This document shows, one piece after another, positions 40,629-51,107 of a DNA stretch of 64,000 bases. Where the stretch lies: positions 8,064 through 72,063 of the forward strand of contig DNHS01000056.1 of the NCBI GenBank assembly GCA_003485765.1, written 5' to 3'. Positions within the stretch are counted from its first letter, which is position 1. The number at the start of each line of letters is the position of its first letter. Below the pieces are notes generated by a model. It was not told the DNA's origin and did no database searches. It saw only the letters and a program-made list of their open reading frames with translations. A program made the translations under genes and the position numbers. The DNA is from Candidatus Omnitrophota bacterium (GTDB lineage: Bacteria > Omnitrophota > Gorgyraeia > Gorgyraeales > Gorgyraeaceae).

Positions 40629-42869
40629 CTAAGGAGTGGCTAAACCCTGGTCCCCGCTAACTTCTTCCTTGGTATTTTCCTCTTTTGCCTGATATTCCTC
40701 TATCAATATCTCCCTGGGCTTACTGCCTCTAAAGGGGCCTATTATGCCCTCTTCTTCCATAGCATCCACAATCCTGGCAGCCCTTGTATAACCAAGCCTT
40801 AGTCTCCTCTGAAGCATTGAAACAGACGCCTGGCCTGTTTCCAGCACCATTTTCACTGCCTCATCAAAAAATTCATCCTTTTCAAACCCGCCCCTGGCTG
40901 ATACGCTCTTTTTTTGCTGTTCAAGTATCTCGTTGTCATACACAGGTTCCTGCTGGGACTTTATAAAATTCACAACCTTTTCTATTTCAGAGTCTGTAAG
41001 ATATGTGCCTTGAGCTCTTATCGGTTTTGGCCTTCCAGGCTCCAAAAACAGCATATCTCCTTTTCCTAACAGTTTATCAGCGCCGTTCATATCAAGTACT
41101 GTCCTGGAATCAACCTTTGATGCAACCTTAAATGAGATCCTAGCGGGAAAATTTGCCTTTATTACACCTGTCACAACATCTACAGATGGCCTCTGGGTGG
41201 CGAGTATCATATGAATGCCAACTGCCCTTGAAAGCTGCGCAAGACGCGTGATAGCATTTTCAATATCTTCCTGGGCAACCATCATAAGGTCTGCTAATTC
41301 GTCTATTATAACAACTATATAAGGTAATTTCTCTTCTGATTTCTGGTTAAACGCTGTTATGTTTCTCACGGCTATCTTTGCGAGCATTTTATATCTTGCT
41401 TCCATTTCGCTCACAACCCAGCTAAGCGCGCCTGAGGCCTTTTTTGCATCAGTCACAACAGGGCACAATAGATGAGGCAGGCCATTGTATATTGCAAGCT
41501 CTACCATCTTTGGGTCAACCATTAAAAATTTCAATTCTTCAGGCGTAGCATTATAAACCATGCTCATTATCAGGGAATTTACGCAAACAGTCTTTCCAGA
41601 ACCAGTAGTGCCTGCTATTAAAAGATGAGGCATATCTCCCAGATCCGTAACCACTGATTTGCCTGATATATCTTTGCCAAGGGCCATGGCCAGTTTTGAA
41701 GAAGCTGCCATCTTCTGAAACTCGCTGGATTCCAGTATTTCCCTTAAGAAAACCATAGACGTATCTAGATTAGGCACTTCTATGCCGACGCAGGATTTTC
41801 CAGGTATAGGAGCTACTATCCTTACAGTAGTCGCCTTCATAGTAAGGGCTATGTCATCACTAAGACTTGTGATCCTGTTTACCTTTACACCAGGCGCAGG
41901 CTGTAATTCATATCTTGTAATAACAGGTCCTTTGCTTATATCCAAAACCTTTGACTCTATACCGAAATCCCTTAGCGTATCCTCAAGTATTCTTGCGCTT
42001 TCCTCAAGATTCTCCCCAAAAATATTTCCAAGCTCGTGAGTAGGTGAATCCAATAACTCAAGACCTGGAAGCTTGTAGCCGCCCACAACTCTCGGCTCAA
42101 CCTTTGCCGCTTTTACAAGCGCGGGTTTTGGCCTGGCTACAGGCTTTGACATTATATTTATCCTTGGCCTTTCTTCAGCTTTAACTTCTTTTTCTTCTAC
42201 TTCTTCTTTGTTTCCACTGCTTACTTTCTTCTCCACCCTTACCGCAGGCCTTAATCTCGGCCCACTAGCAGGCTTTTCAATTTTTGCATCCCTAACAGCT
42301 CCTTTTTCTCTTTTTCGCTTACCTATTTTATCCGCTACAGCCCATATTTTCATGAATAAAATAGAAACTACAGGCACTATTAAAAATTCTGTAGCAACTA
42401 GAAGCGCCAATATAGTTAAACTTATCGTCACTATATATCCGCCAATAGCCCCAAGATAATCCAGGAGAAACCTGTCAGTCAATAAAAATCCTAAAAGCCC
42501 TCCTCTAGCCACCATCAAAACTGAATCAGGCCTAGCTGTTAAACTGAAAAATGCAGAACTTGCGGAGAATAAAAATAAAATGCCAAGAATTCTGTATAAA
42601 AGCCTTCCTGTCAGCCTTTCAGCTAAAATCCCTATGCCCCATACTATAAAAAGAAACGGTATAAAAAATCCTGCATATCCTATTAGTTTGAATATTGCCC
42701 ACGCAGTATATGCGCCTATTATTCCTATATAATTACGGATATGGATATTAGGAGTGGATGTTTCAAATCCGATATCATAAAGCGAGTATGAAATCATTCC
42801 AGCCAAAAGCAACAGCGCCAGAACAAACAATCCAATGGAAACTATAAGGTCTTTGTTATCCTTGCTCAT
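40629..42869 (-). CDS. ftsK: DNA translocase FtsK/SpoIIIE
   Basis: N-terminal TMs, PHLLIAGTTGSGKT, IDELADLM, ATQRPS, gamma domain LQRRLRLGYTRAAR. Confidence 0.97.
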   Translation of the reverse strand: MSKDNKDLIVSIGLFVLALLLLAGMISYSLYDIGFETSTPNIHIRNYIGIIGAYTAWAIFKLIGYAGFFIPFLFIVWGIGILAERLTGRLLYRILGILFLFSASSAFFSLTARPDSVLMVARGGLLGFLLTDRFLLDYLGAIGGYIVTISLTILALLVATEFLIVPVVSILFMKIWAVADKIGKRKREKGAVRDAKIEKPASGPRLRPAVRVEKKVSSGNKEEVEEKEVKAEERPRINIMSKPVARPKPALVKAAKVEPRVVGGYKLPGLELLDSPTHELGNIFGENLEESARILEDTLRDFGIESKVLDISKGPVITRYELQPAPGVKVNRITSLSDDIALTMKATTVRIVAPIPGKSCVGIEVPNLDTSMVFLREILESSEFQKMAASSKLAMALGKDISGKSVVTDLGDMPHLLIAGTTGSGKTVCVNSLIMSMVYNATPEELKFLMVDPKMVELAIYNGLPHLLCPVVTDAKKASGALSWVVSEMEARYKMLAKIAVRNITAFNQKSEEKLPYIVVIIDELADLMMVAQEDIENAITRLAQLSRAVGIHMILATQRPSVDVVTGVIKANFPARISFKVASKVDSRTVLDMNGADKLLGKGDMLFLEPGRPKPIRAQGTYLTDSEIEKVVNFIKSQQEPVYDNEILEQQKKSVSARGGFEKDEFFDEAVKMVLETGQASVSMLQRRLRLGYTRAARIVDAMEEEGIIGPFRGSKPREILIEEYQAKEENTKEEVSGDQGLATP

Positions 42870-42870
42870 T

Positions 42871-43623
42871 CTATGGTTTTAAAATTAAAACAACCGCTAT
42901 TCCCAGCAGAATACAATATATCCCAAACCAATGAAACTTATTTCTATAAAGCACTTTTAATAATACTTTTAATGATACAACCCCTACAATACAAGATATA
43001 AAAAGTCCGATAAAATAATTTATATTTACGCCTGTAAGATTAAACCCTGTTTCCTTGATTTTAAATAAGAACGCCCCTAGTATTGCCGGGATAGATAATA
43101 AAAACGAGAATTTTGCAGCAGTCTGTCCATCAAGCCCTAAAAATAACCCTGTGGAAATCGTGGCGCCGCTCCTGGATATGCCAGGTAAAGCTGCTATACC
43201 CTGAGCTAGTCCAATCAAACCTGCTTTAAAAACTGTCATACCCTCTGTTCCAAGTCTTATGAAATTAGCAGCAATAAGCCATATGCCTGTCAGTATAAGC
43301 ATAATACCGACTGTTCTTACATTACTAAATGCAGCCTCTATGTTTTTAATAAAGAACAAAACAAAAACAAATGTTACTAAGCTGCTTGCTAAAATTAATG
43401 CGCCTATTCTTTTTTTAGTAGTTACACTTTCTATTATATCTCTGCCGAATACTATAAATACGGCTACTAAGGTTCCAAGATGCAAAAATAAATCGAAAAG
43501 AATTTCAGGCTCATTAAGGCCCATTAATTTATGCAAAATAACCAAATGGCCTGAGCTTGAAATAGGTAAAAACTCTGCCACGCCCTGCACGATCCCTGAA
43601 ATTATAGCCTGAAATAACCCCAT
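42871..43623 (-). CDS. uppP: Undecaprenyl-diphosphate phosphatase
   Basis: QGVAEFLPISSSGHL, LHLGT, PGISRSGATI; start reset to ATG 43623. Confidence 0.95.
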   Translation of the reverse strand: MGLFQAIISGIVQGVAEFLPISSSGHLVILHKLMGLNEPEILFDLFLHLGTLVAVFIVFGRDIIESVTTKKRIGALILASSLVTFVFVLFFIKNIEAAFSNVRTVGIMLILTGIWLIAANFIRLGTEGMTVFKAGLIGLAQGIAALPGISRSGATISTGLFLGLDGQTAAKFSFLLSIPAILGAFLFKIKETGFNLTGVNINYFIGLFISCIVGVVSLKVLLKVLYRNKFHWFGIYCILLGIAVVLILKP

Positions 43624-43631
43624 AACCCCGT

Positions 43632-43666
43632 ATGTTACAAAACAAGTCATACTCGTTTTGTAACAT
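43632..43666. repeat. Palindrome family P1, copy 4 (opposite orientation)
   Basis: ATGTTACAAAACAAGTCATACTCGTTTTGTAACAT. Confidence 0.9.
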
Positions 43667-43677
43667 TAGCGTTTAGT

Positions 43678-45756
43678 TTATTGGCTTGCCTGTTTTATGC
43701 TCAGGTTCAATCTGCCCATCTCGTCTATCTTAATGAGCTTAACTCTGACCTTGTCCCCAATCTTAACAACATCTTCCGCGTTTTTAACAAACTTATCCGA
43801 AAGCTCAGAAACATGCACAAGGCCTTCCTTGCCAGGCAGTATCTCGCAGAACGCTCCAAAGTTCATAATCTTTTTTACAGTAGCTTCATAAATCGTGCCG
43901 ACTTCGGGCTCGCTTGTAATACCCTTTATTATATCAATCGCTTTTCTGGAAGCCTCTTCATTGTCAGAAGCAACAGAAACTTTTCCTTCATCATCCACTT
44001 CTATTGTAGCGCCTGTATCCTGAATTATCCTTTTTATAATTTTGCCTCCCGGGCCTATCAAAGCTCCTATTTTTTCCTTGTCTATCATCAATGTGGTTAT
44101 CCTTGGCGCATATTCTGATAATTCTTTTCTAGGCGCATTTATTGTTTCTATTATTTTGTTTAAGATAAATGCCCTTGCAGGATTCGCCTGCTTAACTATC
44201 TTTCTGATTAAATTCATATCTATTCCATCTATCTTAAGGTCCATCTGAAGCGCGGTTACGCCTGAATCAGTACCTGCTACCTTGAGATCCATATCGCCGT
44301 AATGGTCTTCCAATCCCGCAATATCAGTTAATATAGCTACTTCATTCTCTTCCTTTATCAGGCCCATAGCTATGCCTGAAACAGGCTTTGTAATAGGGAC
44401 GCCTGCGTCCATTAAGGAAAGAGTGCTAGCGCAAACAGTTGCCATGCTGCTAGAACCGTTTGACTCAAGTATCTCTGACACAACTCTTACAGTATAAGGA
44501 AACTCTTCATTCGAAGGCATTACTGCCTTGAGCGCCCTTTCTGCTAATGCGCCGTGCCCAATCTCGCGCCTGCCAGGCCCTCTCATCGGCTTTGTCTCTC
44601 CAACGCTAAAAGGCGGAAAATTATAATGCAGCATGAAACTTTTAAGTTTCTCGCCCTCAAGCGTATCCATCCTCTGCTCATCCTGGCTGGTGCCAAGTGT
44701 GGTGATTGATAAACTCTGGGTCTGGCCTCTTGTAAAAAGGCCTGAACCGTGAGTCCTTGGCAAAAGGCCTACTTCGCAGTTTATAGGCCTTATATCTTCA
44801 TATTTTCTAGTATCTATTCTTATTTTTTTCTCCAGAATAAACTTTCTAACCTCGGTTTTTTCTACTTCATACAACGCGTTTTTTATATCAAATTCGCTCA
44901 AGCCTTCATCTTCCTGGGTTAGTTTCTCGATAATCTGCCTGGCTAAAATATTAAAAGCATCTTCTCTCTGTTCTTTTGCAGGCAGAGCATTTATTTTTTT
45001 AAGCTCATCTATAGAAATCTTCCTTACTTTTTCATGCAGCCCGCTAGACACAAGCTTCAATTCAGGTTTAGTCTTTTCCTTGCCGCATTTTTTCTTAAGT
45101 TCTTCTTGTAATTCTATGCTTACTTTTATATACTCCTGGCTTAACTCTATTGCCTCAAGCATTTTTTCTTCTGAAATCTGATTTGCCCCTGCTTCCAGCA
45201 TTATGATCTTGTCTTTGAGCCCAGCTGAAACTAGATTCAATGAACTTTCCTCCAGCTCTTTAAAAGTAGGATTAATTACAAACTCTCCGCCTACTAATCC
45301 AATCCTTACCGCTCCTATAGGCCCCGTAAAAGGTATATCTGAAATAGCCAATGCGCAGGAAGCGCCTATAATTGCAGGTATATCAGAATCATTCTGGCCG
45401 TCGCTTGAAAGCACTATTGCAACAACCTGAACATCATTTACAAAGCCTTTTGGAAAGAGCGGCCTTATCGGCCTGTCTATAAGCCTTGATGTTAAAATCT
45501 CTTTTTCAGTAGGCCTTCCTTCGCGCTTAAAAAATCCTCCAGGGATCCTGCCTGCTGCGTATGTTTTTTCCTGGTATTCTACAGTAAGCGGGAAAAAATC
45601 AATGCCTTCCCTGAGTTCATTTGAACAAACAGCTGTAACCAGGACCATGGTTCCTCCATACTGCACGCGCACTGCCCCATTGGCCTGTTTTGCCATGCTG
45701 CCTGTTTCTATGATAATTGTTTCTTTTCCTATTTTTCTTTCGACTTTATGAATCAT
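43678..45756 (-). CDS. pnp: Polyribonucleotide nucleotidyltransferase
   Basis: DFFPLTV, RLIDRPIRP, RREIGHG, GDMD, KH and S1 domains. Confidence 0.98.
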   Translation of the reverse strand: MIHKVERKIGKETIIIETGSMAKQANGAVRVQYGGTMVLVTAVCSNELREGIDFFPLTVEYQEKTYAAGRIPGGFFKREGRPTEKEILTSRLIDRPIRPLFPKGFVNDVQVVAIVLSSDGQNDSDIPAIIGASCALAISDIPFTGPIGAVRIGLVGGEFVINPTFKELEESSLNLVSAGLKDKIIMLEAGANQISEEKMLEAIELSQEYIKVSIELQEELKKKCGKEKTKPELKLVSSGLHEKVRKISIDELKKINALPAKEQREDAFNILARQIIEKLTQEDEGLSEFDIKNALYEVEKTEVRKFILEKKIRIDTRKYEDIRPINCEVGLLPRTHGSGLFTRGQTQSLSITTLGTSQDEQRMDTLEGEKLKSFMLHYNFPPFSVGETKPMRGPGRREIGHGALAERALKAVMPSNEEFPYTVRVVSEILESNGSSSMATVCASTLSLMDAGVPITKPVSGIAMGLIKEENEVAILTDIAGLEDHYGDMDLKVAGTDSGVTALQMDLKIDGIDMNLIRKIVKQANPARAFILNKIIETINAPRKELSEYAPRITTLMIDKEKIGALIGPGGKIIKRIIQDTGATIEVDDEGKVSVASDNEEASRKAIDIIKGITSEPEVGTIYEATVKKIMNFGAFCEILPGKEGLVHVSELSDKFVKNAEDVVKIGDKVRVKLIKIDEMGRLNLSIKQASQ

Positions 45757-45775
45757 AATTCCTTTCTTATGAAAA

Positions 45776-45840
45776 AAGCGGACTTAAAGACCTTTTTCCT
45801 TCTAATCTAAAAACTAACAGCAGGTCGTTAAATCCGCCTT
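45776..45840 (-). promoter_or_regulatory. Stem-loop in the rpsO-pnp intergenic region
   Basis: AAGCGGACTTAAAGACCT...AGGTCGTTAAATCCGCCTT inverted repeat. Confidence 0.5.
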
Positions 45841-45843
45841 CCA

Positions 45844-46110
45844 TTATTTTTTCAAACTCAGCTTATCAGCAAGTTCGCGGTATTTTTCCGGGTTTTCTTT
45901 TTTAAGATAATCCAGAAGTCTTTTTCTATTGCCAACCATACGTAAAAGCCCGACCCTTGAATTAAAGTCCTTCTTATGGGACTTGAAATGATCTGTAAGG
46001 CCATTGATCCTCTCTGTAAGTATTGCTATCTGCACATTACAAGAGCCAGTATCTTTTTCGTGTTCAGCAAACTTCTTTATTACCTCTTTTTTTCTTTCCT
46101 TTATTATCAC
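45844..46110 (-). CDS. rpsO: 30S ribosomal protein S15
   Basis: DTGSCNVQIAILTERI, HKKD, RKRLLDYL; upstream of pnp. Confidence 0.96.
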   Translation of the reverse strand: MIIKERKKEVIKKFAEHEKDTGSCNVQIAILTERINGLTDHFKSHKKDFNSRVGLLRMVGNRKRLLDYLKKENPEKYRELADKLSLKK

Positions 46111-46125
46111 TTTTAACCTCCAATT

Positions 46126-47022
46126 TTAGATTATACTATGCCTTTTTATCCTGGTCAAGAAAAAATTTCCAATAATATAACAATACATCTTGATCTCGTA
46201 TAATAATATAAACGGTAAATTTATTAAAAAACCAGCTATTGAATCATTTTTTTTCATGCATTTATATCTATTCCTTATATATTTTTTCTTTAATTCATCT
46301 GATATGCCTCTAAAGATGTCATTGCGAGGCCGTAGGCCAAAACAATCTTTATTTTCAATAACAGCCGTCGCGCCTCTCTCATGATACGCTGTTGCCATAG
46401 GATTATAATACGCCTTCCATCCCTTTTTCTGCGCCCTCCAGCATAAATCCAAGTCTTCATAGTATATCTCAAAGGTTTCATCAAAATACCCGTTTTTATC
46501 TTTTATATCGTCTAACATAACTTTTTTCATAAGCATGCACGAGCCGCTTACGCCAAAAACATATTCTGGTTTCTCGTGCTGACCTTTATCTAGTTTCCCA
46601 TACCCTCTCTCTAATGGCTTTCTGTTTCTGGCTACAAATAATCCCGTAGAATCTATTGTCTTTTTATCCGTCCTGAAAATCTTCCCGCTTACCATGCCTA
46701 TTCTTTTATCTAAGTTAAAAGAACTTAACGCCTCTTTTAAATAATCCTTATCCAGCACGCAATCGCTGTTTAAGCACAGTATAAAATCCCCCTTCGCCTC
46801 TTTTATGCCTTGATTGTTTGCCTTGCAAAAAAACAAGTTTTCTGTATTTTGCAATAATTTAACTTCAGGATACATGGCATTAACCATCCCACTGCTAGCG
46901 TCTAAAGAACTATTATCTACTACTATTACTTCTTTATCGCCAAAACTCTGCGTCATCACAGAATCTATGCAGCCTTTCAACAAATCTTTTCTATTATAAT
47001 TTACTATTATTACTGATATCAT
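46126..47022 (-). CDS. GT2 glycosyltransferase
   Basis: ISVIIVNYN, VVDNSS, LNSD, YEDLDLCWR. Confidence 0.9.
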   Translation of the reverse strand: MISVIIVNYNRKDLLKGCIDSVMTQSFGDKEVIVVDNSSLDASSGMVNAMYPEVKLLQNTENLFFCKANNQGIKEAKGDFILCLNSDCVLDKDYLKEALSSFNLDKRIGMVSGKIFRTDKKTIDSTGLFVARNRKPLERGYGKLDKGQHEKPEYVFGVSGSCMLMKKVMLDDIKDKNGYFDETFEIYYEDLDLCWRAQKKGWKAYYNPMATAYHERGATAVIENKDCFGLRPRNDIFRGISDELKKKYIRNRYKCMKKNDSIAGFLINLPFILLYEIKMYCYIIGNFFLTRIKRHSII

Positions 47023-47027
47023 AATTT

Positions 47028-47447
47028 TTAAATAATTATATTACGAGGAGGAAAAATAAAACATACCTTAAAATCTTCGTTCATCTGAGGCTGAAGCTGC
47101 GCAAGATATGGTTTATCATCTAACGTAAGCCAGGCATGGCCATATATCTTTTCACTGTCGCCTTTTACGCCTATATTAATCCTGACTTCGATGCCTTTTT
47201 CCCTCAAAAATTTATAAAGAATCAAAGATCTTTTAAGACAGGTCCCTCGCCTGCTAAAAAATGGCGCTCGCAGCTTAAAAAATAAATCAAGATATTTTGT
47301 TATCTTTGATATATTCCATTCTCTTAATTTAGGAGGCCTGCAAGGCGTCCATGATTTAAGGATTTCAGGAAGAGGTTTTATATGTATTATGACTGGCAGA
47401 ATAAAAAATAGATAAGAAACTCTTGCAAAAAGAAAAATATCTTTCAT
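47028..47447 (-). CDS. Lasso peptide B2-type (transglutaminase-like) leader protease
   Basis: CLKRSL...IGVK...HAWL motifs; ATG 47447 overlaps the upstream GT stop (ATGA). Confidence 0.85.
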   Translation of the reverse strand: MKDIFLFARVSYLFFILPVIIHIKPLPEILKSWTPCRPPKLREWNISKITKYLDLFFKLRAPFFSRRGTCLKRSLILYKFLREKGIEVRINIGVKGDSEKIYGHAWLTLDDKPYLAQLQPQMNEDFKVCFIFPPRNIII

Positions 47448-48685
47448 GGCGATCTGCCTTCTGACTTGAGCGAATGCTCTAATAAAAGCGCCTTGCAAGC
47501 CATGACCCACTGCTGGATGCTTTCATCAAAATCCTCTGTCTTTTCAGAAAACTTCCTTGCCTTCTGGCCTATTTTTATCGCTATATCAGGGCTTTTTACG
47601 ATTGACTGCAATCTTCGCGCAAACTCCTTCGTATTATCAGGATCGACTATATAGCTATTTACGCCATCCTGCAGCATGCGGTATACCCCTTTTTCAGCCA
47701 CGCCTTTCCCAATAATAACACACCTGCCGCATGCCATTGCCTCCCTGGCAATCTTAGGATAATGCGTGTTTTTGGGAAGATAAGGCTCTTCAGAGGTTTC
47801 TGGAGAAACAACGCAGGTAGCTGAATTTATAAGAGCCGGCATTCTCCATGGAGCTTGAAAAGGTAGAAACACGGCTTTCCCGCCTAATCCTTTTGAGTGG
47901 ACATACTTCTTCAGCAATAATGATCTTTCATTATTACCCACCACAAATATCAGCCTGAATTTTTCTTTTTTTATGCTACTGCACGCATCTACAAAATTAA
48001 ATGATTTTTTAAGCTTTGAAACTTTGCCTATATATAAAAATGTAGTCATTTTTTCTTTTTTGTTTTTCCTTGAATATAAAGACATATCGAATGGCTTAAC
48101 GTCGGGATGAAACGCTTTTAAGTCTATAGATCTTCGCAATCCAATTATAAATTTATCCCGGCTTATTTTACATCTCCTTAAAATTTTCCGGCTATGTCGC
48201 TGTGTAGTCGATATCTTATCAGCGCCTTTAAATATTTCTATAAAAAGTGATTTTAAAGACGGCGAATCAAATAACCGGGTTATATCGCTTCCAGCGTGAG
48301 CAACCATAAATGGTTTTTTAGTGATATATTTTGCCATCAAACCAGCCACTCCATAAGGCATAAGATATTCTGAATAAATAAGGTCTATGTCATATTTTCT
48401 TATGACCTCAATAGCTATATTGACTAACTTTGGAATATACGGATTGTATGAAGGAATAAAAAACGGCGTATCGCAAGCTGTGCTATGCACCCTTACGTTC
48501 TTTGGTTCAAATTGGCCAGGCTTATTTTCTAAGATTTCCTCGCGATAATCCCCTTCAACCTCCATGCAGTTAGTAACGACGTGCACCTTATGATTTAATT
48601 CGCCCAATCCTCTGGCTAACCAGTATATTCCGGATGATACCCCGCCTTCTATTGGAGGATACTTGCTAATAATGCATATCTTCAT
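47444..48685 (-). CDS. GT4-family glycosyltransferase in the RiPP cluster
   Basis: KYPPIEGGVS, HAGSDI, EAMACG, GT-B fold pattern. Confidence 0.85.
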   Translation of the reverse strand: MKICIISKYPPIEGGVSSGIYWLARGLGELNHKVHVVTNCMEVEGDYREEILENKPGQFEPKNVRVHSTACDTPFFIPSYNPYIPKLVNIAIEVIRKYDIDLIYSEYLMPYGVAGLMAKYITKKPFMVAHAGSDITRLFDSPSLKSLFIEIFKGADKISTTQRHSRKILRRCKISRDKFIIGLRRSIDLKAFHPDVKPFDMSLYSRKNKKEKMTTFLYIGKVSKLKKSFNFVDACSSIKKEKFRLIFVVGNNERSLLLKKYVHSKGLGGKAVFLPFQAPWRMPALINSATCVVSPETSEEPYLPKNTHYPKIAREAMACGRCVIIGKGVAEKGVYRMLQDGVNSYIVDPDNTKEFARRLQSIVKSPDIAIKIGQKARKFSEKTEDFDESIQQWVMACKALLLEHSLKSEGRSP

Positions 48686-49670
48686 ATTTATGTTTTATCA
48701 ACCTCTTTAAAATCAAAGATAAATTAGCAGGAGACTTTATTATATCTTTTCCGCCAAGAAGCAAATAAGAGCGGCATTGCTTAGCCAGCTTTTTCAAAAT
48801 CTCCATAGCTTCAACATGATGATCTCTAACCGGCTCAAGCGATGAGAACATAAGATTTTCAACTATCTTTATCATCGCTTCATTCGAAGAAAGAGGCATG
48901 AGTTTACTTTTCTTTTTATGCGTTATCGTAGGAAATACAATAAAATTCGGAGCAGAAGCTTTTTTATAACAAGCTTTACGCCTTGCGCATACCCCTGTCC
49001 CTTTTTCGTGATCCCTGCGCAGCATTCTGGTTGGAAACGGATAAACTTTCACCTTGGAATTTGAGCGGCATAAAAACGATATATCATCTCCGCGGCAAAT
49101 AAAACCAGCCTTAGTAAGATTTATAGAAATAGTGGTTTTTCCGTATCCGCTATCGCCCGGAAATAATATACTAACATCGCCCTTTGTCAAATAAGCTGCA
49201 TGTAAGGCGAAAAAACCTCTGATTCTAAAAAAATACATCAACATAATGCGGATAGAATTTCTAAAACTCCTTGGTTTAACCTGGCCTGTAGTAAACAACA
49301 AAATTTTATTTTGATGGTAAAGCCCTGCCATGGGCGAAATTTCGCCATAGTTTCCAAGATGCCTGAGATATCTTACATCTTTGATATCTTTAAAATACTG
49401 AGGCCCTTTAAAATCTTTAGAAACGCCGGGCTGCCAATCTGTTTCGGCCGGCATATCTAAAGGAATCTGAGAAAGGTCCTTGACTGAAATAACTACCATG
49501 GTAACATCAGGTTGCTTTTTTTTAACAATGTCTTTGACAAGATACATTTTGTCAATAGCTCTATAAAAAGAGCTGTTATCTGTCATTATCCTGACAGATA
49601 GACCTCCGATCAGACATGTTTCTGTGAACCTATAGCATTTATTAAAATATGGTGTAAAATCAATTTTCAT
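48666..49670 (-). CDS. HprK-like P-loop kinase (lasso-cluster type)
   Basis: LHAA...GDSGYGKTT Walker A followed by DD. Confidence 0.8.
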   Translation of the reverse strand: MKIDFTPYFNKCYRFTETCLIGGLSVRIMTDNSSFYRAIDKMYLVKDIVKKKQPDVTMVVISVKDLSQIPLDMPAETDWQPGVSKDFKGPQYFKDIKDVRYLRHLGNYGEISPMAGLYHQNKILLFTTGQVKPRSFRNSIRIMLMYFFRIRGFFALHAAYLTKGDVSILFPGDSGYGKTTISINLTKAGFICRGDDISFLCRSNSKVKVYPFPTRMLRRDHEKGTGVCARRKACYKKASAPNFIVFPTITHKKKSKLMPLSSNEAMIKIVENLMFSSLEPVRDHHVEAMEILKKLAKQCRSYLLLGGKDIIKSPANLSLILKRLIKHKYEDMHY

Positions 49671-50817
49671 TTGTAAAAGATGGGCTAAAAGCTGTACTTA
49701 TATGCAGGTTTTTCTTTTCCGGCCATCTCCTAAAAGCTGTTTGAAGAGGAAGCTTTTTAAAAACTCGCCAACATTGCGGGTCTGGCGCGGATAATTGATT
49801 GAAGTATGCATGGCTTATGCACAGCGCTCCTCCATGACAGAATTTAAAATTGCGGCATTTCTGGCACAAAGAGTGCGCATTATTCAAATTTCTCAACTGC
49901 CATAATATATCTGAAGAAAAATATACTTCTAGCAGGCTCTTTTGCAGGACATTTCCTACTTTTATAGGAAGCCGCCTGCATGCTAGAACATCGCCATTAG
50001 GAAACAAAGACAATGTCCTGCCTTCGACCACTCCGCAGCACACTTTCCTATGAGCCATGTCTCCTGTTAAAGCGCTGTTAAATATGCCGTCCTCGCATCC
50101 ATTGGCAATATGAAGCTTGCTATGTTTCGCCCTTAATTCAATGCGCATTTTTCTTTTCCAATGATAAATTTTTCTTAATTCTTCCGGGCTTAATAAGTTA
50201 AACTTGTTTTCTTTGCCCTTTCCGATAGGGACAAACCTCCTTATGCCAACCTTTCCAACTCCTAGCTTTTCGCATAGCTGGACAAGCGCAGGCACATCAG
50301 CCATATTTTTCCTTGTCAGCGTAAAAGAAACAGCGGTTCGCATGCCTGTGTTTACCAATAACTTGGCTTTCTCAATTACTTTATCAAAGCTGCCTTTTTC
50401 GCGTATATTGTCATTATTTTCCTGCATGCCTTCAAGGCTCAACTGCACCCTTTTAACTCCCAAAGATTTCAACTTTAAGGCATTTTTCTCGTTAATAAGA
50501 GAGCTGTTGGTCAAAATGCCTACGGTAAATCTGCCCTTATTATATTTATTTACAAATTTCAATAACCGGAAAAAATCTTTTCTGATAAATGGTTCTCCGC
50601 CGGCAAAGTTAAGATAAGAATGGCCCTTTGGCGAGTTTAAAGCTTTAAGCAAATCCAGATACTGGAAAAAGATATCGCATAATTTAGCGAATGGCAGCTC
50701 TTTCATGTTTTCTTTTTCCCTATAACAATGCTTGCAGCTCCAATTACACCTCTCAGTTATATGCCACTGAAGGGTAAAGGCGCGAAAAAAATCAAAATAA
50801 TGAGGTATGGTTTCCAT
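49660..50817 (-). CDS. Radical SAM/SPASM peptide maturase
   Basis: CNWSCKHC, GGEP, SPASM cysteines C...GDVLAC...CQKC...C...C...DPQC. Confidence 0.9.
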   Translation of the reverse strand: METIPHYFDFFRAFTLQWHITERCNWSCKHCYREKENMKELPFAKLCDIFFQYLDLLKALNSPKGHSYLNFAGGEPFIRKDFFRLLKFVNKYNKGRFTVGILTNSSLINEKNALKLKSLGVKRVQLSLEGMQENNDNIREKGSFDKVIEKAKLLVNTGMRTAVSFTLTRKNMADVPALVQLCEKLGVGKVGIRRFVPIGKGKENKFNLLSPEELRKIYHWKRKMRIELRAKHSKLHIANGCEDGIFNSALTGDMAHRKVCCGVVEGRTLSLFPNGDVLACRRLPIKVGNVLQKSLLEVYFSSDILWQLRNLNNAHSLCQKCRNFKFCHGGALCISHAYFNQLSAPDPQCWRVFKKLPLQTAFRRWPEKKNLHISTAFSPSFTNEN

Positions 50818-50825
50818 ACTATGTA

Positions 50826-51107
50826 TTAAGCTGTAATTTCTACCATCTTCTCTTTTATAAGTTTTTTTATCTGGCGATTTACGCTAGCGAATGCTTTATC
50901 TTTATCAACGTCATATTCATCCACTATCGCATCGGTTATTTCTCCAATAGTCTTTTTGCCATCCAAAAGCTGCCAAATCCTTACTCCCGCCTCATTAAGC
51001 CTATAAAAATACTTTGTTTCAAAATTTAAAAGAACAGCTTCTTTGTTATCCAGTTCAGTATAGATTATGGACGGCTTAACTCTTAAGCGCTGTTTGGGGT
51101 TTATCAT
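50826..51107 (-). CDS. PqqD/RRE family protein
   Basis: EAVLLN...YFYRLNEAGVRIWQLLDGKKTIGEITDAIVDEYDV. Confidence 0.9.
   Translation of the reverse strand: MINPKQRLRVKPSIIYTELDNKEAVLLNFETKYFYRLNEAGVRIWQLLDGKKTIGEITDAIVDEYDVDKDKAFASVNRQIKKLIKEKMVEITA

Noticed and set aside
2802-43666. CRISPR array from the ~35-bp palindromes
   Set aside because: The copies are kilobases apart, with no spacers and no cas genes.
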